Source: an uncultured bacterium
GTDB lineage: Bacteria; Patescibacteriota; JACMRA01
NCBI GenBank assembly: GCA_963704645.1
Contig: OY969926.1
Coordinates: 288,001 to 352,000, forward strand
Direction: 5' to 3'
DNA length: 64,000 bases
Positions 40,315-49,586 of the stretch are shown here, in pieces. The notes under the pieces were generated by a model. It did no database searches, had not been told where the DNA came from, and was given only the letters and a program-made list of their open reading frames with translations. Both the position numbers and the translations under genes were made by a program. Position 1 is the stretch's first letter; every line of letters begins with the position of its first letter.

Positions 40315-40863
40315 ATGGAAGACGCTTATTGGGAATTACCTCCAGAATTTAAGGCTTACGAAGCTTTAGGTGCTTTGGCTGACGGGCGAATTGAGTTGGT
40401 ACAGCAACAGTCAGTATTTCCAGACAAAACTAATAATGAAATTGCCCAAGAAAATTTTACTAATCATTTGCACATTATTGAAGCAAGGCAACATTCTTCT
40501 ACCAAAAATAAGTTTTATACTATAAAATATAGTCCAGAAACATCACAAATAATGGCTAATGATAATGCCACTTGGTTTGTAGGATATTTGGGTTACCCAG
40601 CTTTAACTCTTTTATTGTTTATAGACAAAATAAAGTTTAAAAAAGAAATTGTTAGTTTTTTTAAGAATATTCCTTTTAAAGAAATAAATCAGAAGAATAA
40701 AAATAGTTTTACTAAAACACAATTAGAAATTGATAAAATTTTGCTAGAAAGAGGCTTAGATTTAGAACTTTTGAAACAAGAAATAAAACAAATCTTCCAG
40801 CAATTTGCTGCCTTAGCTTTAAAACCTCTTGGAAAAAAAGTTAGACCTCCTAAAGGTTTTTAG
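40315..40863 (+). CDS. Hypothetical protein
   Basis: 182-aa ORF, co-oriented, 18 nt after the previous gene. Confidence 0.7.
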   Translation: MEDAYWELPPEFKAYEALGALADGRIELVQQQSVFPDKTNNEIAQENFTNHLHIIEARQHSSTKNKFYTIKYSPETSQIMANDNATWFVGYLGYPALTLLLFIDKIKFKKEIVSFFKNIPFKEINQKNKNSFTKTQLEIDKILLERGLDLELLKQEIKQIFQQFAALALKPLGKKVRPPKGF

Positions 40864-40914
40864 TTTACTGCTAAGATCTTAGAATGGACGTATGTCCTAT
40901 CCAACTATAAGCTT

Positions 40915-41697
40915 TTAGCTGTTTCTTTTACCAGATTCTATAAGTTTTAAAGCGTCATCAAAATTCATGGCCGGGGTAATTTTACCGTTGTTAATGAACA
41001 AAATTTGATCTGCATCTTTAATGGTGTTTAAACGGTGAGCAATAATTACTTTGGTTGTGCTAGCAGGTAATCTGTCTATAATTTTATTCAGCCAAAGTTC
41101 GGTTACAGTATCAATATTGGCGGTAGCTTCGTCCATAATTAACAAACTAGGTCTACGTAGCAAAATTCTGGTGAAAGCTACTAGTTGTTTCTGACCTAAA
41201 CTAATATTCTCAGAGTTATTATTTACAATTGTTTCTAGTCCATCTGGAAATCGGGTTAAAATTTCGTTAAGTTCTAATTCTTCAAGTTTGTTCTTTAGGT
41301 TTTGCATGGCATTTTCTGCTGCATCTTCAAGTTCTGGGTTGCCATAAATTAAATTTTCGCCAATTGTACCTGTGAACAAAAAAGGTTCTTGCAGAATATA
41401 GCCAATTTGCTGCGATAATTCGCTTGGCTTAAAAGATCTAATATCTTGGTTTTGAAACTCTACAACGCCTTCTACGGGGTCAAATAAGCGTACCATTAGT
41501 CCAGCTGTTGTTGTTTTGCCTCCACCGGTTGGACCTACCAAAGCATAAGTTCTGCCACGCATTAATTGAAGGCAGACCTGCTTTATAATTAATTGGTCAG
41601 GGTTGTAACCAAAGCTGACGTTTTTAAACTGTAAAATTTCTGTGTCTGCATTTAGATTTATGTTGGAAGTGGAATTGATTGAATTCATATTATTCAT
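40915..41697 (-). CDS. ABC exporter ATPase domain (C-terminal half of a split subunit)
   Basis: GPTGGGKTT, ISLGQKQL, LIMDEATA, IAHRL. Confidence 0.9.
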   Translation of the reverse strand: MNNMNSINSTSNINLNADTEILQFKNVSFGYNPDQLIIKQVCLQLMRGRTYALVGPTGGGKTTTAGLMVRLFDPVEGVVEFQNQDIRSFKPSELSQQIGYILQEPFLFTGTIGENLIYGNPELEDAAENAMQNLKNKLEELELNEILTRFPDGLETIVNNNSENISLGQKQLVAFTRILLRRPSLLIMDEATANIDTVTELWLNKIIDRLPASTTKVIIAHRLNTIKDADQILFINNGKITPAMNFDDALKLIESGKRNS

Positions 41698-41709
41698 AAA
41701 ATTATATGC

Positions 41710-42762
41710 TTATTTTTCTAAAATAACTAAATTAGATTCTAGATTTAAAATTACTCTAACCCTTTCCCAGGCGCCTAAAGAGCTTTGGATACTCCCCCAA
41801 ATTGAACCTAAAATTCTTAACGGACTGTATAAACTATTTGTGTAAGCCACAAATCCAACCAGTAAACCAATTTCAATTTCACCTTTTTGGTATAAATAGA
41901 AACCAAAAGTAATTACAGCTATTAAAGCTAGGGTTCCAAAAATATCGTAAATAGGGCGGAAAATATTATTTAAAAAATCAGCTTTCTGGCCAGACTTTTG
42001 TAGCTCTTCAATTTTCTTTGTAATTTTATCTTGGAAATAATTCCTTCTATCAAAAGCCACAATAACTCTGAAATTATCTAAATCGCCTTGAATTTCTGCT
42101 GCCAAATCTCCAAGTTTAGCCTGATTTCTCTTATTGTAATTTTCTACAAAAGGAGATATTATTTGAGTTAAAATTATTATTGGAATTAGAAAAGCCAAAG
42201 TAACCAAAGCCAATTGTAAATTTAGAAATAATATAAAAATGGCCACACCAAGAACACTAGAGAAGTTTCCTAAGAATCTTAAAATACTTTCAGATAACAA
42301 TTGATTTAATTTGTCGGCGTCATTGTTAATTCTGCTGGTTAAATCTCCACTTTGATTTTGATTAAAAAAGGCTAAAGGTAGTTCTTGTATTTTGTTAAAT
42401 AAGGTTGTTCTTAAATTGTACAAAGTGTTTTGTGCAACACTTCCCATAATTCTTGTTTGAGAATAACTGGAAATAATTGATCCAATATAAATTATTGCTA
42501 ATAAACCAGTGTATTGTAGAAGCAGCGCTGTATCTCCATTTTTTATTGGCTCATCAATAGCTTTTGCAATTAGGAAAGGGCCTAAAATATTAGCTAAAGC
42601 CCCAACCCCAATTAAGAGTAAAGCTATAATTAACCCAAATCTTTCAGGTTTTAAAAATTGCCAAAACTCTTTCCAGTTTGTAAATAAGCGTTCTAAATTG
42701 GAACCATTTTTTTCTCTATCTTGATTCGTACCTTGATCTTGGTTTGATAAATTATAATTCAT
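41710..42762 (-). CDS. ABC exporter transmembrane domain (N-terminal half of a split subunit)
   Basis: Six TM helices, FF....GDLTSRINND; in frame with the downstream ATPase across one TAA. Confidence 0.9.
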   Translation of the reverse strand: MNYNLSNQDQGTNQDREKNGSNLERLFTNWKEFWQFLKPERFGLIIALLLIGVGALANILGPFLIAKAIDEPIKNGDTALLLQYTGLLAIIYIGSIISSYSQTRIMGSVAQNTLYNLRTTLFNKIQELPLAFFNQNQSGDLTSRINNDADKLNQLLSESILRFLGNFSSVLGVAIFILFLNLQLALVTLAFLIPIIILTQIISPFVENYNKRNQAKLGDLAAEIQGDLDNFRVIVAFDRRNYFQDKITKKIEELQKSGQKADFLNNIFRPIYDIFGTLALIAVITFGFYLYQKGEIEIGLLVGFVAYTNSLYSPLRILGSIWGSIQSSLGAWERVRVILNLESNLVILEK

Positions 42763-42785
42763 ATTATTTTTTTAATGTTTTAATA

Positions 42786-44501
42786 TTATTCTTCTGTAGA
42801 TTGCTGGCTTTCCCAAATTTGTCTGTATTCCAAATTATTTTCTAACAATTGTTGGTGGTTGCCTGTGGCAATTATCTCACCTTCCATAATTAAAACTATT
42901 TGATCGTAGTTTTTTACTGGGTCAATTTTTTGAGTTATATTAATTAAAGTTAAATCTGGGTAATTGGTTGCTAATGCCTGTTGAATATTTTTTTCTGTTG
43001 CTAAATCTACTCTGGCTGTAAAATCGTCTAATAGAAGTATTGCAGGGTTTAAAGATAGTGCTCTGGCTAACATTAAGCGTTGTTTTTGTCCTCCAGATAA
43101 ATTACTCCCCCTTTCGCTAATTTCCGTTTCAAGGCCGTTTGGTAAACTAGCTACTAAATCTTCTAATTGAGCTGTGCTAATAATTTTATTCATTTCCTGT
43201 TCAGAAACGTTATGGCTTAAAGTAATATTTTCTTTTAAAGTAGCTGTAAAAATTAAACTATCTTGAAAAACCAAACCCATCTGAGAGTACAGGCTACTAC
43301 TGTTCCACAAAGAAATTTCTGTGTTATCAATTAAAATTTTGCCGCTATCACTTTTTTGCAGTGCAGTTAGTAAATACATTAATTGGGTTTTACCGCTTCC
43401 TGTAGGCCCAAGTATGGCAATTTTCTGTTTAGGTAGAAAGTTTAAATTAATATTTTTAAGAACACCTCGGTTATTAATTTCCAAGTTAATATTTTCAAAC
43501 TGAATTTTTCCTTCAATTTTACCAACGTGAGCGCCGGAACTTACATCGGGGTTAGACTCTGAAATTTCGTTAATTCTTTTTAAAGAAACTACAGCTCTAG
43601 ATGCTGTTGAGCCAATGAAAGACAGTAAGAAAATTGGGGTGATTAATAAAGAAATATAACTAATGAAGGCTGATAACTCTCCTAAACTTAAACTGTTTTG
43701 AATTACTAAATTACCACCCACCCAAACAATAGTTAATATAGCCAAATTAGATAGAAAATTTACTACAGGAATTAAGCTGGCAAAGGCGTTTACAAGTTTT
43801 AAGTTTAAGGCTTTAGAAACCAAACTTACCTGATCAAACTTTTTCATTTCACTTCTCTGAGAGTTTAAAACCCTTATCAGTCCTGCGGCTACAATACTTT
43901 CGTTTATAATCCTGTTTATTTTATCTAAATTTGCCTGTGATTGTTTGAATAATTTACCAATTTGGCTGAACACCAAGACAAAAGTAATAACAATTAAAGG
44001 TATTATGCTTAAAACCCACAAAGCCAATTGCCAGTTTAAAGTTAGCAAAGAAATTACCGAGCCAACTAAAATTAGTATTGCTGAAAAAAATGTTACAACA
44101 CCTTGTGAAACTAAATCGCTTAAAGTTGTAACGTCTGAAGTGAAGTTTGTTAAAATTTTACCTGGGGTTTGTTCTGTTATAAAATGGTTAGTTTGAACAG
44201 ACAATTTTTTGGTCATTTTTATTCTTGTATCAGCTGCAACTTTTTGTGATAAAAAGGCAGTAATTGTACTTTGAAGTATGGTGAATATAAAAATTCCTAT
44301 TGCAATTAAACCAATTTGAATTAAATAAATTTGCCCTTGATTGTAATTATTTTCCTTAAAAACATCTAAAGCCAAACCTGTAAGCCGTGGTACCAGTAAA
44401 TTACCTGCACTTGAAAACAAACTTATTATAAACAAAATTGCTATCCATTTAGAGTATGGTTTTAAAAAACTAATTATATTTTCTGGCTTCTTTTCGGGCA
44501 T
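42786..44501 (-). CDS. ABC exporter fused TMD-NBD subunit (degenerate-site partner of a heterodimer)
   Basis: GPTGSGKT, LSGGQKQR, LLLDD (E to D), ITQK (H to Q), as in TM287/288-type heterodimers. Confidence 0.92.
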   Translation of the reverse strand: MPEKKPENIISFLKPYSKWIAILFIISLFSSAGNLLVPRLTGLALDVFKENNYNQGQIYLIQIGLIAIGIFIFTILQSTITAFLSQKVAADTRIKMTKKLSVQTNHFITEQTPGKILTNFTSDVTTLSDLVSQGVVTFFSAILILVGSVISLLTLNWQLALWVLSIIPLIVITFVLVFSQIGKLFKQSQANLDKINRIINESIVAAGLIRVLNSQRSEMKKFDQVSLVSKALNLKLVNAFASLIPVVNFLSNLAILTIVWVGGNLVIQNSLSLGELSAFISYISLLITPIFLLSFIGSTASRAVVSLKRINEISESNPDVSSGAHVGKIEGKIQFENINLEINNRGVLKNINLNFLPKQKIAILGPTGSGKTQLMYLLTALQKSDSGKILIDNTEISLWNSSSLYSQMGLVFQDSLIFTATLKENITLSHNVSEQEMNKIISTAQLEDLVASLPNGLETEISERGSNLSGGQKQRLMLARALSLNPAILLLDDFTARVDLATEKNIQQALATNYPDLTLINITQKIDPVKNYDQIVLIMEGEIIATGNHQQLLENNLEYRQIWESQQSTEE

Positions 44502-44658
44502 CTTAATTTTTATTTTATAAATTAAGACAAATCAAACTAAGGTTAAATTGTCAAAGTGACCTGTAGGTTGCTAAGTATGTTGGCGTGCTCATTGATTAAC
44601 AAAAGATACTTTCCCTCGAAGCATCAACTTGAAAATAGATTCTACTTAAACTCTAAAG

Positions 44659-44689
44659 TTTAGACCTTGAAATAAATTCAGGGTGACAG
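44659..44689 (+). repeat. 31-bp palindromic repeat, copy 3
   Basis: TTTAGACCTTGAAATAAATTCAGGGTGACAG. Confidence 0.88.
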
Positions 44690-44902
44690 TGCAATTTAGT
44701 TTTATAATTAATTTTAGTTTTACTAAGAATCATTTTCTGGTCTTCCCATTAAAATTTTTTCTAAATATAGTACTTGATTTATTGATGTTTGATTCGAAAA
44801 AACTAAATAGATGAATCATGAAAAAAAGTATCAAAATTTTGCTTGACAAGTGTTTTCTAGTCTATTTGTATACACTCAGTTGTTGTATTAGGTAAAAGTT
44901 TA

Positions 44903-44918
44903 ATACTACATTTAGTGT
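44903..44918. promoter_or_regulatory. Putative NrdR box
   Basis: ATACTACATTTAGTGT fits the acaCwAtATaTwGtgt consensus; lies upstream of nrdB and downstream of TTGACA at 44843. Confidence 0.65.
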
Positions 44919-45057
44919 ATATACACTAATATATTTTTCTAAATTAGCTAATTAGCTTTATTTAATCAACAAAATATCATATTAATAATTAATTTAAAAT
45001 AATTCTTTCTACTAAAAGTAGTTTAGAGTGAATTTTTTGTTTCCAATTCATATATTT

Positions 45058-46011
45058 ATGTCTCAATTACTCGCTCCCAATTTAAATAAATACGTAGTCT
45101 TCGCTGAAGATACTAACGCTAAAGTTTTAGAATTATGTAACATGCAGGAAGCCAATATTTGGTTGGCCTCAGATATAAATTTAACCCATGACGCTGTAGA
45201 CTGGAATAAGCTTACACCTTCAGAGCAAGAATATTTAAAACAAATTCTGTCTTTTTTTGCAGCCTCAGATGGAATGGTTGGAGAAAACCTGGCTTTAAAT
45301 TTTATTCAAGAAGTTCAAATTCCTGAAGTAAGATATTTTTATTATTTCCAGTGTATGATGGAAGCTGTACATGCTAAGGTTTATTCACAGTTAGTAAATA
45401 CATTTATTTCCTCCACCGCAGAAAGAGAAAACATGTTTAACTCAATTCATGTCCACCCTGTAATAAAAAAGAAATCGGAGTGGGCAGAAAAATGGATGGA
45501 CAAAAATAAAGCAACTTTTAGCCAAAGATTAGTAGCTTTTTTGGCAGTAGAGGGTATCTTTTTTGCAGGATCATTTGCAGCCATTTTTTGGATTAGGGAT
45601 AGAGGAATTTTAGCTAACTCACTTGGTGTTGCTAACGAATATATTTCCAGAGACGAAACTTTGCACGCCGATTTTGCAGCCACACTTTATAAAGAATATT
45701 GCAACGATTTAAGCCAACAACAAGTAGAAGACATTTTACTTTCAGCTTTGGAATTAGAAAAAGAATTTAATCATCATGCTTTACCAGACAGATTACTTGG
45801 TTTAAATGCTGAATTAATGGATCAGTATTTAGAGTCGGTTACAGACACTTGGTTGGTAACTTTAGGTTTTAGGAAAAAATTTAATGCGAATCAGCCCTTC
45901 CAATTTATGTCTACTTTTGGTCAGAAACGAAAAGATTTATTCTTTGAAAAAACTAGAACAAATTATGCCAGACAAACAGAAAATAAAGTTTTAGATTTTG
46001 ATATGATTTAG
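45058..46011 (+). CDS. nrdB: Class Ia ribonucleotide reductase beta subunit
   Basis: FFAASDG, EAVHAKVYS (radical Tyr), VEGIFF, SRDETLH, FFEK...Y. Confidence 0.96.
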   Translation: MSQLLAPNLNKYVVFAEDTNAKVLELCNMQEANIWLASDINLTHDAVDWNKLTPSEQEYLKQILSFFAASDGMVGENLALNFIQEVQIPEVRYFYYFQCMMEAVHAKVYSQLVNTFISSTAERENMFNSIHVHPVIKKKSEWAEKWMDKNKATFSQRLVAFLAVEGIFFAGSFAAIFWIRDRGILANSLGVANEYISRDETLHADFAATLYKEYCNDLSQQQVEDILLSALELEKEFNHHALPDRLLGLNAELMDQYLESVTDTWLVTLGFRKKFNANQPFQFMSTFGQKRKDLFFEKTRTNYARQTENKVLDFDMI

Positions 46012-46070
46012 GGTATCTTCATAACAAAATCACAAACAAAAATAAACATTTTTTCCACAATACCTTACTT

Positions 46071-46128
46071 GGCGACGCGTTGGTCGCCTCTACAATATTA
46101 ACTTGTGGCGAGACGGGCTCGCCTCTAC
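46071..46128 (-). repeat. Tandem pair of GTAG-type REP-like hairpins between nrdB and nrdA
   Basis: Minus strand GTAGAGGCGAGCCCGTCTCGCC (46107-46128) and GTAGAGGCGACCAACGCGTCGCC (46071-46093). Confidence 0.75.
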
Positions 46129-46149
46129 ACATACATTAACAACTACTTT

Positions 46150-48873
46150 ATGCCTCTTACACTTTCTAATGGCCAGGCTTTGAACCAGGTTTATTTACTT
46201 CAAAAACTTCTTCCACATTTAGAAAATCTGGGTGATCAAATTAACCCCTCAGAGGTTGTTCGTCAAACTTTAGAAAGGGCTACAGATAGAATAAGCGAAG
46301 ATGAACTAGACAATTTAATGGCTTCCATTGCTGCTAATTTAGTTAATCATCATCCAGATTATTCGGTATTAGGAGCCAGAATTTTAATGTCTAGAATTTA
46401 TAGACAGGTTGGTCTTCCCGAAGCAACTTTTTTTGATAATGTTAAGCGAATTTATAGCAACACTGTGAACGGCAGTAAGTCTAATAGAGTTAGTCAAGAA
46501 GTGTTTGAATTTATTGAAAGAAATGCCGAAAGTTTGGAAAAAGTTATTAACTACAAACAAGATTTTCAAGATTACGATTATGCGGCGGTAATGTCTTTTA
46601 CCAAGCGTGGACTTGAAACTATTAACGGAATTATAGCCGAAACACCTTCCCAGATGTTTTTACGTGTTGCTTGCGGTTTAAATGTTTATGTACCAAGGTC
46701 TGATTTTGAATTAAATACTTTTGAAACTAGAAATGGTTTCAGACCAAATGCTACACGTTTACAAAACATGACAGACCAAGAAAGATTGTCTGAAATTGAA
46801 CAATACTATAACATTTTATCTAAACGTTTATTGTCTTTGCCAGGTCCAATTTTAATGCACGCAGGAAGTAAGAAAAACCAAATGGCTAGCTGTTTTTTGG
46901 AAGATGTAACAGATTCTTTAACCGAAGAAGAATATCCTGTAACTGGAAATGTTGGTGGAATTATGAAGGCTTTAACACAATTAGCTAAGCAATCTCAGGG
47001 CGGCGCTGGAACTGCAGTTGCCTTCCACGATATTCGGGGTGCTGGAAGCCAAATTTTGTCTAGCAATGGTAAAAGTAATGGAATTCTACCTTTCATGAAA
47101 ATGTTTGATGCTACAATTGGAGCTGTAAACCAAAGTGGAAAAAGGGCTGGTGTTTGCACCATTTATTTGGAACCATGGCACGTTGATGTTTTAGCTTTTC
47201 TTGATGCCGCTAACCATTTTACTATTGAAGAAAAACGTTGTAAAAATTTGTTTTATGCTCTTTGGATGAATGATGTTTTCTTTGAAAGAATGTTGGAACA
47301 AAAAGGTAATGCAAAATGGACTTTGTTTGACCCTGCTGAAGTTTTAAAATATATAGAAAAACCTTTGTCTAACTATTACGGACCAGAATTTAAAGAAAAA
47401 TATTTGTACTTAGAAAGCTTGGGAATAGGTAAAGAAATTCCTTTGATGGAAATTTGGAACAGGGTTTGCGAGCTATTTCAAACTGCCGGAGTACCTTACT
47501 TGGTAAATAAAGATCAGATGAATTTGAAAAGCAATCAGCAAAATATGGGTGTAATTAAAAGCAGTAATGTATGCACAGAAATTGCCCTGGTTGCTAATGA
47601 AAATGAAACTGGTGTTTGCGTGCTTTCTTCACTTTGTGTTTCAAGGTATTTAGACCCTAACCAAGTTGACGGTGTAGATTATAAAAAAATTATTCAGGTT
47701 TCACGAATTGCTACAAGGCACCTTAATAACGTTATAGATTTACAATATTATCCAACCCCGGAAACCAGAAATTCCTGTTTAAAAAGTAGGGCAATTGGTA
47801 TTAGTTTACAAGGTTTAGCCGATTTATTCCACCAACTAAAATTAGGCTATACAAGCCAAGAAGCTAAAAAAATTAATAGTAGAGTTTATGAAGCAATTTA
47901 CTTTGGTTGTATGCTAGAAAGTATGTTGTTGGCGAAGAAGGAAGGGGCTTACTCTGCATTCAAAGGTTCACCTCTATCTAAAGGTATTCTGCAGTTTGAT
48001 ATGTGGGAGGCAGGTGGTGACAATTTATTCTTAGAATCACTATCAGCTGAAGATATTGGTTTAGAAGAAACTCTAGTGGCAGAGATTAATGAGATCGACA
48101 ACTCCAATCTATGGTCTTGGTTAAGATCTGAAATAGTTAAGCATGGTGTGCGTAACTCGGAGGTAACAGCTCAGGCACCAACTGCGGCAAGTTCTATTAG
48201 AATGGGTAATAACGAAATGTATGAACCTTACACAAGAAACGTTTATGTTCGCCAGCATATTGGAGGTTCGGTTCAGGTTGTAAATCCACACTTGGTGAAA
48301 GAATTAATTGAATTAAATTTATGGACACAGGAAATTTTTGACGCCATTATTTACAAAGAAGGTAGCGTGCAAGGCATAAATAAAATTCCTGCAGAAATTC
48401 AAGAACGATACCAAACAGTATACGAAATTGATTGGAAAGCTATGTTAGACATGATGGCAGACAGAGCTATATTTTTATCTCAAACTGGAAGCTATAATCA
48501 TTACACTTCATATCAGGAAAGCGGCCCTACAGCTTTCACCCAGAAAATAATTTATGCCTGGAAGAAAAAGTTAAAAACCCTTTCCTATTACATGCACACA
48601 GAAACTGCCTCCACAGCTAAAAAGGAATTAGGTGGAAACTCTGTGGCTATTCCTACTATGGATTCTAATTCGTCTTTAAATAACAGTTTATCACAAACAT
48701 TAGAAGGTAATTCTGCGGGAATTAATGTAAGTATAAAAACTGGTTTGAACTCTGAGTTTTCTTCAAATTTAATGGACGCAGACAATCAAAATAACGGCCT
48801 TGAACCAAGCAAAATTCTAGCCGACGGAAGTGTTTGCGAAATGAAGGATGGATGTATTGAATGTTCTAGTTAA
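46150..48873 (+). CDS. nrdA: Class Ia ribonucleotide reductase alpha subunit
   Basis: QMASCFL, KRAG..TIYLEPWH.D, SSNVCTEI, GVCVLSS, GVRNS..TAQAPTA, LSYY, C-terminal CIECSS; ATG at 46150. Confidence 0.96.
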   Translation: MPLTLSNGQALNQVYLLQKLLPHLENLGDQINPSEVVRQTLERATDRISEDELDNLMASIAANLVNHHPDYSVLGARILMSRIYRQVGLPEATFFDNVKRIYSNTVNGSKSNRVSQEVFEFIERNAESLEKVINYKQDFQDYDYAAVMSFTKRGLETINGIIAETPSQMFLRVACGLNVYVPRSDFELNTFETRNGFRPNATRLQNMTDQERLSEIEQYYNILSKRLLSLPGPILMHAGSKKNQMASCFLEDVTDSLTEEEYPVTGNVGGIMKALTQLAKQSQGGAGTAVAFHDIRGAGSQILSSNGKSNGILPFMKMFDATIGAVNQSGKRAGVCTIYLEPWHVDVLAFLDAANHFTIEEKRCKNLFYALWMNDVFFERMLEQKGNAKWTLFDPAEVLKYIEKPLSNYYGPEFKEKYLYLESLGIGKEIPLMEIWNRVCELFQTAGVPYLVNKDQMNLKSNQQNMGVIKSSNVCTEIALVANENETGVCVLSSLCVSRYLDPNQVDGVDYKKIIQVSRIATRHLNNVIDLQYYPTPETRNSCLKSRAIGISLQGLADLFHQLKLGYTSQEAKKINSRVYEAIYFGCMLESMLLAKKEGAYSAFKGSPLSKGILQFDMWEAGGDNLFLESLSAEDIGLEETLVAEINEIDNSNLWSWLRSEIVKHGVRNSEVTAQAPTAASSIRMGNNEMYEPYTRNVYVRQHIGGSVQVVNPHLVKELIELNLWTQEIFDAIIYKEGSVQGINKIPAEIQERYQTVYEIDWKAMLDMMADRAIFLSQTGSYNHYTSYQESGPTAFTQKIIYAWKKKLKTLSYYMHTETASTAKKELGGNSVAIPTMDSNSSLNNSLSQTLEGNSAGINVSIKTGLNSEFSSNLMDADNQNNGLEPSKILADGSVCEMKDGCIECSS

Positions 48874-48939
48874 GGGTTTGACTTTGAAAGAATTGTATGT
48901 TTCAGTACACTTTGTACTAAAGTAATTGGAGAGAATAAG

Positions 48940-49272
48940 TTGAAATATCTAAAGCACACTCTAACCACGGATGAATTAATGGAATTCATCAACAAATATT
49001 TACCAGAAAACTTACGGTTGGCCGAGGTTACTGAAAGCAGTATTAATAATCTTTTTCAACAACTACAAATTGAATCTTCTACTAATTTCAAGGTTTACAG
49101 GAGAAATGGCGGATCTTTGGTTTTTGTCTACGACGATGGCAGTCTAGAAAGATTTACACTCTTTTGCACTGGTGTATTATATTTTGAATGCTACATTCCA
49201 ATAAGTGAAGCCATGCTACACTTTTCTAAAATCATTGGAAACTTGATTGAAGATCCACTAGCGTTACAATAA
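48940..49272 (+). CDS. Hypothetical protein
   Basis: GGAGAG SD before TTG; terminator AGCCCA...TGGGCT plus T-run at 49284-49310. Confidence 0.6.
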   Translation: MKYLKHTLTTDELMEFINKYLPENLRLAEVTESSINNLFQQLQIESSTNFKVYRRNGGSLVFVYDDGSLERFTLFCTGVLYFECYIPISEAMLHFSKIIGNLIEDPLALQ

Positions 49273-49399
49273 ACAACAATGCTAGCCCACAAGTTGGGCT
49301 GCTTTTTATTGGTTTGCATTTTGCTGGGTTTAAAGCTTGTCTCCAAAACATCAAATTATTAGTCAGACTTTAAACTATAGAGATTAGTGTATTATCCAG

Positions 49400-49430
49400 C
49401 TTAGACCCTGGAACAAGTTCAGGGTTACAG
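49400..49430 (+). repeat. 31-bp palindromic repeat, copy 4
   Basis: CTTAGACCCTGGAACAAGTTCAGGGTTACAG. Confidence 0.9.
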
Positions 49431-49586
49431 TACACTTAGACTCTTGGCTAAGCTTACTTGGAACTCGAAAACTAGAGTTCACTTTAATTTAATTTACTTT
49501 GATCTTATGCTATCCTCATAATAATGTTTACCTCTTAGATAATTCTATTTGACTAATCTTAACCCCTTTGCCAGCTTAAGGCATAC

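Noticed and set aside
44872-44888. Second NrdR box about 30 nt upstream of the first
   Set aside because: Matches the consensus only partly; not reported as a feature
46105-46149. GTG start of nrdA (MARRARL...)
   Set aside because: Derives from the REP-like hairpin; the ATG at 46150 fits better
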